This document shows positions 12,227 to 24,890 of a stretch of 64,000 bases of DNA, in pieces. Position 1 is the stretch's first letter, and every line of letters starts with the position of its first letter. The stretch covers positions 3,534,001 through 3,598,000 of the forward strand of contig NC_086097.1 in NCBI RefSeq assembly GCF_963921235.1. Direction: 5' to 3'. Position numbers and translations under genes: made by a program. The stretch comes from Mobula hypostoma (Eukaryota). The notes below the pieces were generated by a model. That model saw only the letters and a program-made list of their open reading frames with translations. It did no database searches and had not been told where the DNA came from.

Positions 12227-12834
12227 TTTAGATTATGATTATGAGGACACGCAGTCCTCTTTTATTGTCATTTAGTAATGCATGCATTAAGAAATGATAC
12301 AATTTATTCCAGAATGATATCACAAAAACTCATGACAAACTGACTTAAAAACTGACAAAAAACACTTAATTATAACATATAGTTACAACAGTGCAAAGCA
12401 ATACCGTAATTTGATAAGAACAGACCATGGCACAGTAAATGTCTCAAAGTCTCTCAAAAGTCCCATCATCTCACGCAGACGGTGAACCTCCAGCGCCGCC
12501 AACTTGCTGGTGCAGCATCCTGGAAGCATCCAACCACAGTCCGACCCCGTGTCCGTCCGAAAACTCCGAGCCTCCGACACTGAGCACCGAACACCATCTC
12601 TGCCGAACGCTTCGATGCCAGCCCCGGCAACAAGCAATAGGCAAAGCCGAGGATTTGGGGCCTTCGTTTCCGGAGATTCTCGATCGCACAGTAGCAGCGG
12701 CAGTGAAGCAGGCATTTCAGAAGTTACTCCAGGTGTTTCTCCATACTCTCACGGCTGTCTCCATCAAATCCAGATTGTGCATGGCCCCCCTAGTTACACA
12801 TACGATATTCATTCGGACCGCCATCTTCTCCTCC
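12227..12834 (-). mobile_element. Non-autonomous retroposon with Rex1-type 3' tail (apparently full length)
   Basis: 5' end GGAGGAGAAGATGGCGG, CpG-rich body, 3' ATGACAATAAAAGAGG..(CATAAT)n. A second copy lies at 24450-24890. Confidence 0.75.
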
Positions 12835-13045
12835 CTTGAACTTGAACTAAATATAATCCTTTTCAACACATAAGAACATAAGAATTAGTTTTAAAGAATG
12901 CAACAGAATATTTTTAAGCAGGCTGTGTACAAGATCATAGGAGACAAAATAAGATGTAATAAAATTTATAACATAATTGTCACGATTAGATTTATACTCA
13001 AGGAATGTCAGTTTTCTCATCTACAAACAGTACTAATCACATTTA

Positions 13046-13548
13046 TAGAATATAGAACATAAAACAGTACAGGAACAGGCCTCTCAGTCCACAATGTTAT
13101 GCCAAATCAATTGAATCAGTATTTAAATTGTTAACTAAACTAATCTCTTCTGCCTACACAATGACCATATCCTTCCATTTTCCTCACATTCATGTGCCAA
13201 TCGAAACATGCCTTAAAAAGCCCTAATGTATCTGCCTCTATCATCACCCTGGCAGTGCATTCCAGTCACCCACAACTCTCTTCGTAAAAAAAACTTGCCC
13301 CTCGCATCTCCTTTGAAATGACCCCCTCTCACCTTAAATGCATGTCCTCTGATATTAAACATTTCAACCCTGGGAGAAAGACACTGTCTGTGGACTCTAT
13401 CTGTGCCTCTCATAATCTTATAAACCTCTATCAGATCTCTCCTCAGCCTCTGCTGCTGCAGAGAAAACAACCGCAGTCTGTCCAGCCTCCCGTCATGGCA
13501 CAAGCCAGGCAGTATCCTGGTAAACCTCTTCCGTAACCTCTCCAAAGC
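13046..13548 (-). mobile_element. CR1 LINE 3' end
   Basis: ORF 13213-13545: RLRRDLIEVYKIMRG. Confidence 0.9.
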
Positions 13549-14210
13549 AATAAATCCCTAAAGGTAAACATAAACATTCAATATGACCTTTCTGGAGATC
13601 TTGTACATCACTAATCATGCAGTATACTCTTTAACAAGATCTCTCAAATGAAAGCAAAAGGGCCTCATAGGGAGTGTATCAATTGTTGATGGAATCTGTC
13701 ACTCGGCACCGTGGCAATCAGTCTGAAAGGAGAGAACCATTCAATGATACAACAGAGAAAATAAAGAACAACAAATTAGACAGCATCATAAATTATAAAG
13801 TGTCTCATGGGAATGAACAGAATTGCAAGTTGGGTATAATCTGAAATGAAACTTTAATTCATTGCCACAGCAGGGGATATTTGGAACATCATGAACAATT
13901 TTATTAATTAATGCCCCACTGTTTGGTGATATAGCCAAGATACATACTCCAGTTCTATTTGAACAAGCTTTGTTATTTTGTGTCTGTTTTTCACTTAGCA
14001 GTAACCAATGGCTTACTTGGACAAAATACAATATTGTGGTAAATGTTATCTTTTTGACTATGGCACCCATAAACAAATAAATATTTACATAAATAATTAA
14101 AGAGGGATCTTGTGTTCAAAGTAAATAATTCAATTCTATCTACTTTCAACAGTTGAGAAGAATTAACCAAATGATTTCCAATTGTATTTGCATGGTGTGA
14201 TATCTAGTCT

Positions 14211-14300
14211 TTGGTGGCAGGGTGGAGATAGGTGTCTACCTAGGAAGGTGTAAGGTGCTCCTTCTGTCTGCTAGCCTGTAGGTCACTCTTAGGCAAGGAG
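14211..14300 (+). mobile_element. 5' fragment of SINE family B
   Basis: Homologous to 15830-15910 (GGGTGGAGAT..GCTAGCCTG.AGGTCAC). Confidence 0.65.
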
Positions 14301-14329
14301 ATCCAGAAGCTAACTGAAAGGCAGTTCTG

Positions 14330-15562
14330 GATACGTTTGAATGCTGTTCATAAACTTCAGTTCAGCATTCAACACAATCATTCCTCAGAAACTGACTGGA
14401 AAGCTGAGCCTACAGGGCCTGAACACCTCCCTCTGCAACTGGATCCTAGACTTCCTGACTGGGAGACCTCAGTCAGTCTGGATCGAGAGCAGCATCTCCA
14501 ACACCATCACACTGAGCACTGGGCCCCCCAGGGCTGTGTGCTCAGTCCACTGCTGTTCACTCTGCTGACCCACGACTGTGCTGCAACATACAGCTCGAAT
14601 CACATCACTAAGTTCGCCGATGACACGACCGTGGTGGGTCTCATCAGCAAGAACGATGAGTCAGTATACAGAGAGGAGGTGCAGCGGCTAACGGACTGGT
14701 GCAGAGCCAACAAACTGTCTCTGAATGTGAACAAAACAAAAGAGATGGTTGTTGACTTCAGGAGGACACAGAACGACCACTCTCCGCTGGACATCGACGA
14801 CTCCTCCGTACAGATCGTTAAGAGCAGCAAATTTCTTGGTGTTCCCCTGGCGGAGAATCTCACCTGGTCCCTCAACACCAGCTCCATAGCAAAGAAAGCC
14901 CAGCAGCGTCTCTACTTTCTGTGAAGGCTGAGAAAAGTCCATCTCCCTCCCCCCATCCTCACCACATTCTACAGAGGTTGTATTGAGAACATCCTGAGCA
15001 GCTGCATCATGGCCTGGTTCGGAAATTGCACCATCTCGGACCGCAAGACCCTGCAGCGGATAGTGAGGTCAGCTGAGAAGATCATCGGAGTCTCTCTTCC
15101 CGCCATCAGAGACATTTACACCACACACTGCATCCGCAAAGCGAACAGCATTATGAAGGACCCCACGCACCCCTCATATAAACTCTTCTCCCTCCTGCCA
15201 TCTGGCAAAAGGCACCGAAGCATTCGGGCTCTCACGACCAGACTATGTAACAGTTTCTTCCCCCGAACCATCAGACTCCTCAATGCCCAGAGCCTGGACT
15301 GACACCAACCTACTGCCCTCTACTGTGCCTATTGTCTTGTTTATTATATATTGTAATACCTGCACTGTTTTGTGTACTTTATGCAGTCCTGGGTAGGTCT
15401 GTAGTCTAGTGTAGTTTTGGTGTTTTTTCTTACGTAGTTCAGTGTAGTTTTTGTATTGTTTCATGTAGCACCATGGTGCTGGAAAACATTGTCTCAGTTT
15501 CACTCTGTTCTATACCAGCAGTTATGGTTGAAATGACAATAAAAAGTGACTTGACTTGACTT
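14330..15562 (+). mobile_element. Rex1/Babar LINE, 5'-truncated, relatively young
   Basis: [38 protein letters not shown]; tail (GACTT)n. Confidence 0.95.
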
Positions 15563-15825
15563 GGATTGTAAATTGCATTGTAGCTCAAGGGAGACATAAT
15601 AGAGCTCCAGATATCCTGAAGGTCAAGGTCCATTAAGAAACATATGACAAAGAACAGATGGTGAGTGGAAAGTGTGCAAGAAATTCAGCATCTGGCTGCT
15701 AATCCTGGCGTGTGAACTCCTCAGTGAAGTCTGGACCACTTTGTTGGATTGAAATATATTGCTATTTCCCTTATAGTTTAATTTCATTCTGCTTGTTTGT
15801 ATTTTTATTTAATTGCTTGTCTACA

Positions 15826-16020
15826 TGAGGAGGGGTGGAGATGTGTCTCTACAAAAGGAGGTATTAGGGGCTTCCTTCCCTCCGCTAGCCTGCAGGTCAC
15901 CCTCGGGCTGGGTGTAACACCTGCTTAGGAAACCGCACGCCACCTCCCCGGATCAGGGTCACGTGAAACCATGGGAGCAGGTGGTGGATGGTCGTATGAG
16001 CAGCCAGCGTACACCACTAG
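15826..16020 (+). mobile_element. SINE family B fragment
   Basis: Homologous to 14211-14300 and to the reverse complement of ~440-512. Confidence 0.65.
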
Positions 16021-16164
16021 CCCTCCCGCAGGATCTTAACCCAAAGTGTCCACTGTTCTTTAGAACCACATGTATTTCTTGATTCTCGGAGTTCCCATTG
16101 AATTGCACTGTGTCAAGACATATATTAAAGCTGGGAGCTTAACCATAGGCCATTTTCCTGCTTA

Positions 16165-16335
16165 AAGTTCAAGTAAATTTATTATCATAGTACATATACT
16201 GTATGTCAACATATACAAGCCTGAGATGCATTTTCTCAATGAATCCATCATAGAATAATAACCGTAATAGACTCAGCGAAAGACTGCACCAACTTGGGTG
16301 TTCAAACAGTGCACATAAGGCAACAAACCGAGGGT
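16165..16335 (-). mobile_element. Rex1-type 3' UTR fragment
   Basis: GATAATAAATTTACTTGAACTTT tail on the minus strand, as in 8655-10218. Confidence 0.7.
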
Positions 16336-16386
16336 AGAGTACACATAGAGTAACATGGCTCACCAAAACTCAGTTTGACAACCATA

Positions 16387-16741
16387 TGTCAGGAAACGTA
16401 GAGGAGGCTTGAGACCAAAGCAGAGCAGTGGTGACGATTCAGCAGTGAACAATAACTTTAATAATAGTCAGCAAAATAACATGCCATGAGAGAGACGAGA
16501 GAGAACAGAAACTAAACAACAGGTAACGAGGTAAACTTTAGACAGGGAGAGGGAAAGCTGGGAGCAACTGTTTGAGGTTGGCTGGTTTGATGGGTGAACA
16601 AGGACTGTGAATGGGAACTGGGGTTAAATAGGCTGCCGGTAATGAGTTGGAAACGAGTGGCAGGTGAATCCCATTAACTGATGAAGTCTGGTAGGTGCCT
16701 GCATGCGCGTGCTGGGAGTGTCAGTGGGAGTAGGTCTGACA
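16387..16741 (-). mobile_element. Solo LTR (Gypsy-like)
   Basis: TGTCAG...CTGACA inverted termini; perfect 5-bp TSD CCATA at 16382-16386 and 16742-16746; minus-strand TATTTAA and ATTAAA. Confidence 0.9.
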
Positions 16742-16794
16742 CCATAGGTCTTACCACTTATCGTCAACCCACTACTGCCCCTCCCTTCCCTTCT

Positions 16795-16985
16795 TTATTC
16801 TCTCAATGCCACCAGCATCATCCAGGTGGGAGTGGGCTCTCTGCAACAGATAGATGATGGTATCATCCACTCCCACATGATGTTGGGAGGCAAACTTTAG
16901 AGGGTCTAATGAAGATCTCAACTGCGGCCCAAGGTAAGTCAGGACCAGCCTCTCCAGCATCTTCATCACACGAGATGTGAAGGCA
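16795..16985 (-). mobile_element. Rex1/Babar RT fragment
   Basis: MKMLERLVL..LDPLKFA..GVDDTIIYLL. Confidence 0.8.
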
Positions 16986-17311
16986 ATTAATCAAGGGTTG
17001 CTGGGGCAGCATGGCTGGAAGGACCAGAAAGGCCTATTCTGCACTGTCAAAATAAAATGAATGAACAGCTTTGAATTAGGCAATATCAAGCCCCATGGAC
17101 AATCTGCTTAATTCCATGGTTCTTGATGTTCTCCAGTAATGTGCTGCTATTCCTTAAGTGAAGATACATCGCATCCATTGGATTCCTACGTTTTCCACCT
17201 TACCTTCTCAAAGATTTCACTGAAGAGAAAGACTTGCTTTTCACAACTTCAACAGATTTCCATGGTAGTGTAATGGTTAACACAACACTATTACGTCTCA
17301 AGGGAGTCTGA

Positions 17312-17535
17312 GATACTCAAACAACCCTGTCTGGCACCAACAATCATTCCGCAGTAAAGTCACTTAGATTGCATTTCTTCCCCATTCTGATGTTTTGTCT
17401 GCACAACAACTGAACCTCTTGACCATGTCTGCATGCTTTTATGCATTGAGTTGCTGCCACATGATTGGCTCATTAGATATTTGCACTAAATAGTCAGTGT
17501 ACGGGTGTACCTAATAAAGTGGCCATTGAGTGTAG
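17312..17535. mobile_element. Tc1-like DNA transposon end
   Basis: Ends GGTGTACCTAATAAAGTGGCCATTGAGTG+TA (TIR + TA); homologous to ~63410-63565. Confidence 0.82.
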
Positions 17536-17894
17536 ATGCCATCTCATCCCTCTTTTGGTGTCAACTTCTATAATTTTGCTGATGATTGGAAGAATTCAGA
17601 TAGGAGAACATTGGCTTTCACATGTTTTTGATGGACTGGATGCAGCCTTTCTCCATTTCCTCCTTATTTATTGCTTTCAACAGTTTTTGGTGTACAACTC
17701 GTACAGAGACGTGATGTGGAAGGCTTGTAGAAGGAAACATCCAAAGATACAAGGCTATTGCATCTGGAACTTGTTTTTGTAAATTCTCCACCTTTTAAGG
17801 AAACATTACAAAGAAAGATTTATTTATAAATTTATTTATTTGTTTCTCTAGTTCTGTGACTTACTTATCTATAAATCTATCTATTGAACTATTT

Positions 17895-18184
17895 ATTTAT
17901 TTACAGATACTGTACAGTGAAGACAGGCCCTTCCAGCCTTTTGATCTATGCCACCAGCAACCCCTGATTTAACCCTAGCCTAATCACGGGACAGTTTACA
18001 ATGACCAATTAATCTAGTAAATGTTATGTCTCTGGACTGTGGAAGGAAACTGGAGCAACCCAGAAGAAACCCATGCATTCCACAGGAAGGACAAACAAAC
18101 TCCTTTCAGAGAATTCTGGGATTGAACTCTGAACTCCGACTACCCAAGCTGTAATCGCTGACCACTATGCTACTGTGGCCCCCA
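17895..18184 (-). mobile_element. V-SINE (HE1-like)
   Basis: Same head, core and tail as 4134-4429; (TAAA)n tail. Confidence 0.85.
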
Positions 18185-18724
18185 TTTGATCTTGAAATAG
18201 TCTGTACTGATTAATATTACACCCCAAGATTATTCTTCTCAAGATCACCACTAGTAACAAAAAAAAACTATCTTGACATTTAAAAAAAATTCTCAAATAT
18301 TTCTGTGAACAAATTGTATCCTTAAATTTCCTGAAAAATAATTTGGAAAACTACCTTGGAAAAAGTTCAAAACTCTGAACACTGTGACATATTCAAATCA
18401 ACTGTGCTGAATGAGTAATCATTGGCCAATAATTCAGCAACAGCTTTGTACAAAAGTTGACACAGAACAGTTAATTTGAAATCAACTTACATTTACAGCT
18501 TTCCATATTTGTCACTTTTTAGACACAGCTTTCTGAAGGATCTCCTTAAGTAGCAGAATTACTTGGGTAAGTAATTCCAATTTTAATGGATTCCATACCC
18601 ATGACAGAATTGTGCACCCATATTCTGAACAACAGCTACAAGATACACCAGTCACATGAAATTCATGAAAAATTATTACTAATTATCTACAAAGTAATTA
18701 CTTATTACTAACTACCAACAAACA

Positions 18725-19800
18725 CAGTGGAGGCATGAGAAGCAGCAGATGCTGGAGTTTGGAGTACAAAATGCTGGAGGAACTCAGCAGGTCAGACAGC
18801 ATCTTAGGAAGTGTATCACACACAAAAGTATATCGCCTCACTACAGGAAGGACGTGGAAACCACAGAAAGGGTGCAGAGGAGATTTACAAGGATGTTGCC
18901 TGGAATGGGGAGCATGCCTTATGAGAATAGGTTGAGTGAACTTGGCCTTTTCTCCTTGGAGCAACGGAGGATGAGAGGTGACCTGATAGAGGTGTATAAG
19001 ATGATGAGAGCCATTGATCGTGTGGATAGTCAAAGGCTTTTCCCCAGGGCCGAAATGGCTAGCACAAGAGGCCACAGTTTTAAGGTGCTTGGAGGCAGAT
19101 ACAGAGGAGAAGTCGGCTAAGTTTTTTACGCAGAGTGGTGAGTGTGTGGAACGGGCTGCCACCGGCGGTGGTGGAGGTGAAAACGATAGGGTTTTTTAAG
19201 AGACTCCTGGATGGCTACATGGAGCTTAGAAAAATAGAGAGCTATGGGTAAAGCCTTGGTAGTTTGGCACAGCTTTGTGGGCCGAAGGGCCTGTATTGTG
19301 CTGTAGGTTTTCTATGTTTCTGTGTTTCTAAAATGGTGGAGGAACTCAGCAGGTCAGGTAGCATCTGTGGAAATGAATAAACAGTCAACTTTTTTGGGCT
19401 GCAAGCATTGCTCAGGACTGAAAAGGATTAGGGGAAGCTGCCAGAATAAGAGGGTGGTGAGAGGGGAATGAGTACAAGCTAGAAGGTGATATGTGAAACC
19501 AGGTGGCTGGGGGAATGGGTTTGTTAGGTGCAGAAGGTAAAGGGCTGGAGAAAAGCAATCTGATAGGAGAGGACAGTGGACCATGGGATAAAGGGAAGGA
19601 GGAGGGGCACCAGGGGGGAGGTGCTAGGCAGATGAGGTGAAGCAGTAAGAGGCCAGAGAGCAGAAATGAAGAAGAGGGAAAGGATTGTTAGAAAAATTAG
19701 CAGAGGTTGGAGAAATCGATGTTCATGTCATTAGGTTGGAATCTACCGGATGGAATACAAGGTTTTGCCCCTCCAACCTGAGTGTGGTATCACTGTGGTA
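18725..19800 (-). mobile_element. Penelope-like element fragments (tandem terminal repeats + GIY-YIG C-terminus), split by a CR1
   Basis: AAATG(C/G)TGGAGGAACTCAGCAGGTCAG occurs twice; decayed LRLEGQNLVFHPVDSN..MNIDFSN. Confidence 0.8.
18830..19330 (+). mobile_element. CR1 LINE 3' end (young subfamily)
   Basis: SPHYRKDVETTERVQRRFTRMLPG; (TTTCTATG)n tail. Confidence 0.93.
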
Positions 19801-20404
19801 TTATAGATATGTCATCACAGACAGCCTTGAGATTCATTATCTGGCAGGAATTCTCAGTAAATCCAAGAAACATTAAAGAAGCAATGAAAGATCACACTCA
19901 ACAGGGCGAGCAACAACCAATGTGAAAAAGACATTAAACTGTGCAAATACAAAATAAAGGGGAAATATAAATAACTAAATAAATAAACAATAAATATCAA
20001 GAACATGAGAATCCAAAGCTCATAATGAACAGAAACATACTTTTAACAAGTCTGTTGCCATGGTCCTGCTCACTGTCAGCTGATGCCTGACTTCCATACT
20101 TGCACATTGCAATGCAGAAGTTGTGGACAGCTGAGAGTTCAGATATTTGCCCTGATGTTCCTTCATTGTATAAAGCATTAATCCAAGGATCACAGAAAAA
20201 TGTTCTAAGCTATGGAAGTAGATGCATTTCACATCTGTCCCTCCAAGAGTACCACTTCTTGGTTTGAACCTCGACTCACCTTGGAGGTGTATCTTCACTG
20301 GAAATGTTTTCCATTCAAATCAATACCAAACCAATACATAGTGGTCAAACATGATTTACTTTGCACAATTTCAACATGCCAACACACACCTGATACCAAT
20401 GGTA

Positions 20405-23135
20405 CAGGAGACCAAGACTACAGGAGACAGATAAATGGGGACTGTCAAGAGAAGGAAGGAAGATAATGGAGAGTACCCCAGCACTATCCCCCTCTCCATT
20501 TTGAGTTCAGCTGGGGGGACAAGAACCTACCTGGGGGAAGTAACAGTCCCCATGCCTCTGGCACTGAGTCTGGCCCTGTGGCTCAGAAGGGTAGGGACGG
20601 AAGAGGATGGCAGCTGTAATAGAGGACTCTATCGTTAGGGGGGCAGACAAATGATTCTATGGACACAAAAAAGAAACACAGATGGTGTTTCCCTCCCAAG
20701 ATCCACAGACTGCGATGTTTCTGAACGTGTCCACAATTTCCTGAAAAGGGAGGGTGAGCAGCCAGAAGTCATGGTACACATTAGTACCAGCGACATAGGT
20801 AGAAAAAGGGTGGAGGTCCTGAAAGCAGAATACAGGGAGTTAGGGAGGAAGTTGAGAAGCAGGACCTCAAGGGTAGTAATCTTGGGATTTCTGCCCGTGC
20901 TATGCAACAGTAAGAATAGGAATAGAATGAGGAGGCAGATAGATGCATGGCTGAAGAATTGGAGCAGGGGCAGGGATTCAGATTTCTGGATCATTGGGAC
21001 CTGTACAAAAGGGACAAGTTGCATTTGAATCTGATGGAGACTAATATTCTTGTGGGCTGATTTACTAGAGCTGTTGGCAGTGATTTAAACTACTACAGCA
21101 GGGGGATAGGAACAGGTACGATAGAGCTGAGGATGAGACAGCAGGTTTACAAGTAGGTGATGAGTGTAACATGAATGTAAGGAAGGACAAGCCAACAACT
21201 GGGTACAAATGCAGACAGAGCAAAGAGTTAAATTGTACCACAGAGGCCAAATTCAAAAAGACGAAGAATGCAGGGATGAAGGTGTTGTATTTAAGTACAC
21301 GTAGCATTTGGAATACGGTGGACAAACTCATGGTGCAATTAGAGATTGGTGGGTATGACATTGTGGGCATCACTGAGTTGTGGCTGAAAGAAGATCAAAG
21401 GATATACTTTAATATGAAAGGATATACTTTCTATCAACAGGGCAGGCAGGAAGGCATAGGCGGTGGTGTGGCTCTGTTGGTAAGAGATAGAATTACACCT
21501 TTATAAAGAAGTGACATAGGGTCAGGGAATGTTGAATCTTTGTGGGTGGAGTTAAGAAACAGCAAGGATAAAAAAACATTATGGGAATCATATATAGGCC
21601 TCCAAATAGTAGCCAATGTATGGGGTTGAGATTGCAAAGAGAGCTGGAAAGGACATGTAATAAGAGTAATGTCACAATTGTAATGGGGGACTTCAATATG
21701 CAGGGTGATTGGGAAAATCAGATCGGTGTCAGATCGCAAAAGAAAAAATTTGTTGAATGCCTTTGAGATGGCATTTTAGAGTAGCTTGTGCTTGAGGCTA
21801 CTAGGGGAAAGGCTATCTTATATTAGGTGTTGTGTAATAATCCAGATTTAATTGTGGAGCTTAAGGTAAAGGACCCCTTAGGAGACAGTGATCATAGTAT
21901 GATTGAATTCATACTGCAATTTGAGAGGGAGAAGCATGTCCGATATATTAGTTTCACAATAGAATAAAGAGAATTACAGAGGCATGAAAGAGGTGCTTGG
22001 CCAGGTGGATTGGAGGGGGATATTGGTGGGGATAATGGCAGAGTAGAGATGGCTAAAGTTTTTGGGAATAGTTCGCAAGGTGCAGGATTGACATGTCCCC
22101 TAGAAGAAGTTCTCAAATGGCAAGGGTAGGCAACCGTGGCTGATGAGGAAAGTTAGGGTTTGCATAAAAGCCAAGGAAAGGGCATATAATGTAGCAAAAG
22201 TGAGTGGGAAGCTTTTAAAATCCAACACAAGGCAACTAAAAAAACCATAAGAAGGGAAAAGATGCAATATGAGGGCAAACCAGCTGATCATATTAAGCAG
22301 GATACTAAAAGTTTTTCAGGTATATAAAGAATAGAAGGGAGGTGAGAGTTGATATTGGACCACTGGAAAATAATGCTGGTGAGGTAGTGATGGGGGACAA
22401 AAAGATGGTGGATGAACTTAATAAGTACTCTGCATCAGTCTTCAGTATGGAGGACACTAGCAGTGTGCCAGAGGTCCAGGAGTGTCAGGGAGCAGGAGTA
22501 AGTGTCATTGCTATTACAAAGGAAAAGATGCTAGGCAAGCTGAAAGGTTTTAAGGTGGATAAGTCACCTGGACCAGATGGACTACATCCCAGAGTTCTGA
22601 AAGAGATGGCTGAAAAAATAGCAAATGCATTAGTCATGATCTTTGAAGAATGACTTGATTCTGCTATGGTTCCGGAGGACTGGAAAATTGAAAATGTCAC
22701 TCCGGTCTTTAAGAAGGGAAGAAGGCAAAAGTAAGAAATTATAGACCAGTTAGCTTAATGACAGTGGTTAGGAAAATGTTGGACTCTATTATTAAGGGTG
22801 AGGTATTGGAGTACTTGGAGATTAATGATAAAATAAGTCAAAGTCAGCATAGTTTCTGTGAAGGGAAATTTTGCCTGACAAGTTGATGATGAGGAACGCA
22901 AGTGAAATGTTTGCATTCATTTTGAGAGGTCTAGGATATAAGAGCAGTGAAGTGTTGCCAAGGCTTTATAAGGTATTAGTCAGACTGCACTTGGAGTATT
23001 GTAAGCAGTTTTGAATCCCTTATCTAATAAGAAATGTGCTGACATTGGAGACGGCCCAGAGGAGGTTCATGTGAATGATTCTGGGAATGAAAGGGTTAAT
23101 TTTATAGGAGCATTTGATGTCTCTGGAGTTTACTG
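20405..23135 (+). mobile_element. CR1 LINE with esterase (SGNH-like) ORF1 and decayed ORF2
   Basis: ORF1 VIEDSIV / VMVHISTSDIG; ORF2 LYLSTRSIWN, VGITELWL, YRPPNS, MGDFN, SPGPDGLHPRVLKE. Confidence 0.92.
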
Positions 23136-23139
23136 GAAG

Positions 23140-23550
23140 CACTTCCTGCACATCAGCTGTGATGAAGTATTTTGAGAGCCTGATGACGAAACATACCAAC
23201 TCCTGCCTGAGAAATGACTTGGATCCACTCCAATTTGCCTACTGGCACAACAGGCTCACAGCAGATGCCATTTCATTGGCTCTTCACTCAACCCTGAAAC
23301 ATCTGGACAGCAAGTATGCATACAGCAGGACGCTCTTTATAGACTACAGCTTGGAATCGAATATCAATATCCCCTCAGAACTAATCAATAAGCTTCTAGA
23401 ACTTGGCCTCAATACCTTCTTGTACAACACAATCCCCATCAGCACAGGTGCACCACAAGGCTGTGAGCTCCCCCTGCTCTACTTGCTTTACACCTGTAAA
23501 TGCTTCAATGCCACATTTAAGTTTGCTGACAATACCACTGTCCTTGGCCA
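23140..23550 (+). mobile_element. Rex1/Babar RT fragment
   Basis: [27 protein letters not shown]. Confidence 0.85.
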
Positions 23551-24091
23551 AAGGGCTAGAAGGGCCTATTTGGTGCTGTATCTCCAAATAAAATAAAAAT
23601 ACGAAGTGTTTCAGACATATAAACTCCATTCCTAACCAATTGGAAAAGACTACTCTCAACTAAAACACAACAACTTTTGCTGAAGTTACAATGAGTGGAT
23701 CCAAGAGACACCACAATATTATGAGATGGAGAAACAACACCTTGTCTTCTACCTGGGTACTTTGCAGGTTTTCTGCACTCAATATCAAGATTTACAACTC
23801 AAAATAACATTCTCTTTCTTCCTGCCCGCGGAAGAGTCATTTCTATTGACCATCCCTTTCATTTCCTTTTCCTCTCCATGTACAGTCTTAGCTGCTGTTC
23901 AGCAACAAATCAAAGAGCCATAGTAGTTCAATCTGATCTCACCTGACACACAACCTCCACTCTATTTTAGAAATCAGCTTTGTTCCACACATTGTCCTCC
24001 CATTGAGAAATAAGACAGACTAAAAGATGCCTTGAGTAATGATCCCAAATCAAATGTAGATTTGATTGACACTTCCCAATTAATATTATAT

Positions 24092-24440
24092 TAGACCATA
24101 AGAAAAAGAAGCAGAATTAGGCCATTCAGCCCATCAAGTCTGCTTCATCATTCCATCATGGCTGATATATTATCCTTCTCAACCCCATTGTCCTGCCTTC
24201 ACCCCGTAACCTTTGATGTCCTGACCAATCAAGAACCTATCAACCTCCACTTTAAATATACTCAAAGAGTGGGCTCCGCAGCCAACCGTGGCAATGCATT
24301 CCATAGATTCTCTACCCACTAGTTAAACAAATTCTTCAACTCTGTTCTAAATGAATGTCACGCTATTCTGAGGCTGGGCACTTTGGTCCTAGACTCCCCC
24401 ACTATATGAAACATCCTCTCCACATCCACTCTATTCACTC
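24092..24440 (-). mobile_element. CR1 LINE 3' end
   Basis: Same 3' UTR type as 5367-5720. Confidence 0.85.
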
Positions 24441-24449
24441 TATTTTTTT

Positions 24450-24890
24450 TAGATTATAAGGACAGTCAGTCCTCGTTTATTGTCATTTAGAAATGCATGC
24501 ATGCGTTAAGAAATGATACAATGTTCCTCCAGAGTGATATCACAAAAAAAATAGGACAAAGCAAAGACTAACACTGACAGGACCACATAATTATAACATG
24601 TAGTTACAGCAGTGCAAAGCAATACCATAATTTGATAAAGAGCAGACCATGGGAATGGTAAAAAAAAGTCTCAAAGTTCCGATCGACTCCCGATAATCCC
24701 CGATAGCAGGCGGCAGAAGGAAGAAACTCTCTCTGCCATAAACCCCCAGGAACCAACAACTGTCGATGCATTGGAAGCACCCAAACACAGCTGACTCAGC
24801 CCGTCCAAAAACTTCGAGCCTCCGACCAGCCCTTCGACACCGAGCACCGAGCACCATCTCTGCCGAGCGCTTAGACCCCGTCCCGACCGA
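24450..24890 (-). mobile_element. Non-autonomous retroposon with Rex1-type tail, 5'-truncated
   Basis: Homologous to 12227-12630 (GAGCACCGA.CACCATCTCTGCCGA.CGCTT). Confidence 0.8.

Noticed and set aside
17100..17225. Minus-strand micro-exon (ttcag|TGAAATCTTTGAGAAG|gtaagg)
   Set aside because: The surrounding sequence reads as decayed CR1 RT (EIFEKV..NPMDAMYL), so the splice signals are probably coincidental.
18556..18577. Small palindrome GAATTACTT-GGGT-AAGTAATTC
   Set aside because: A single 9-bp AT-rich stem with no supporting context; plausible by chance in 64 kb.
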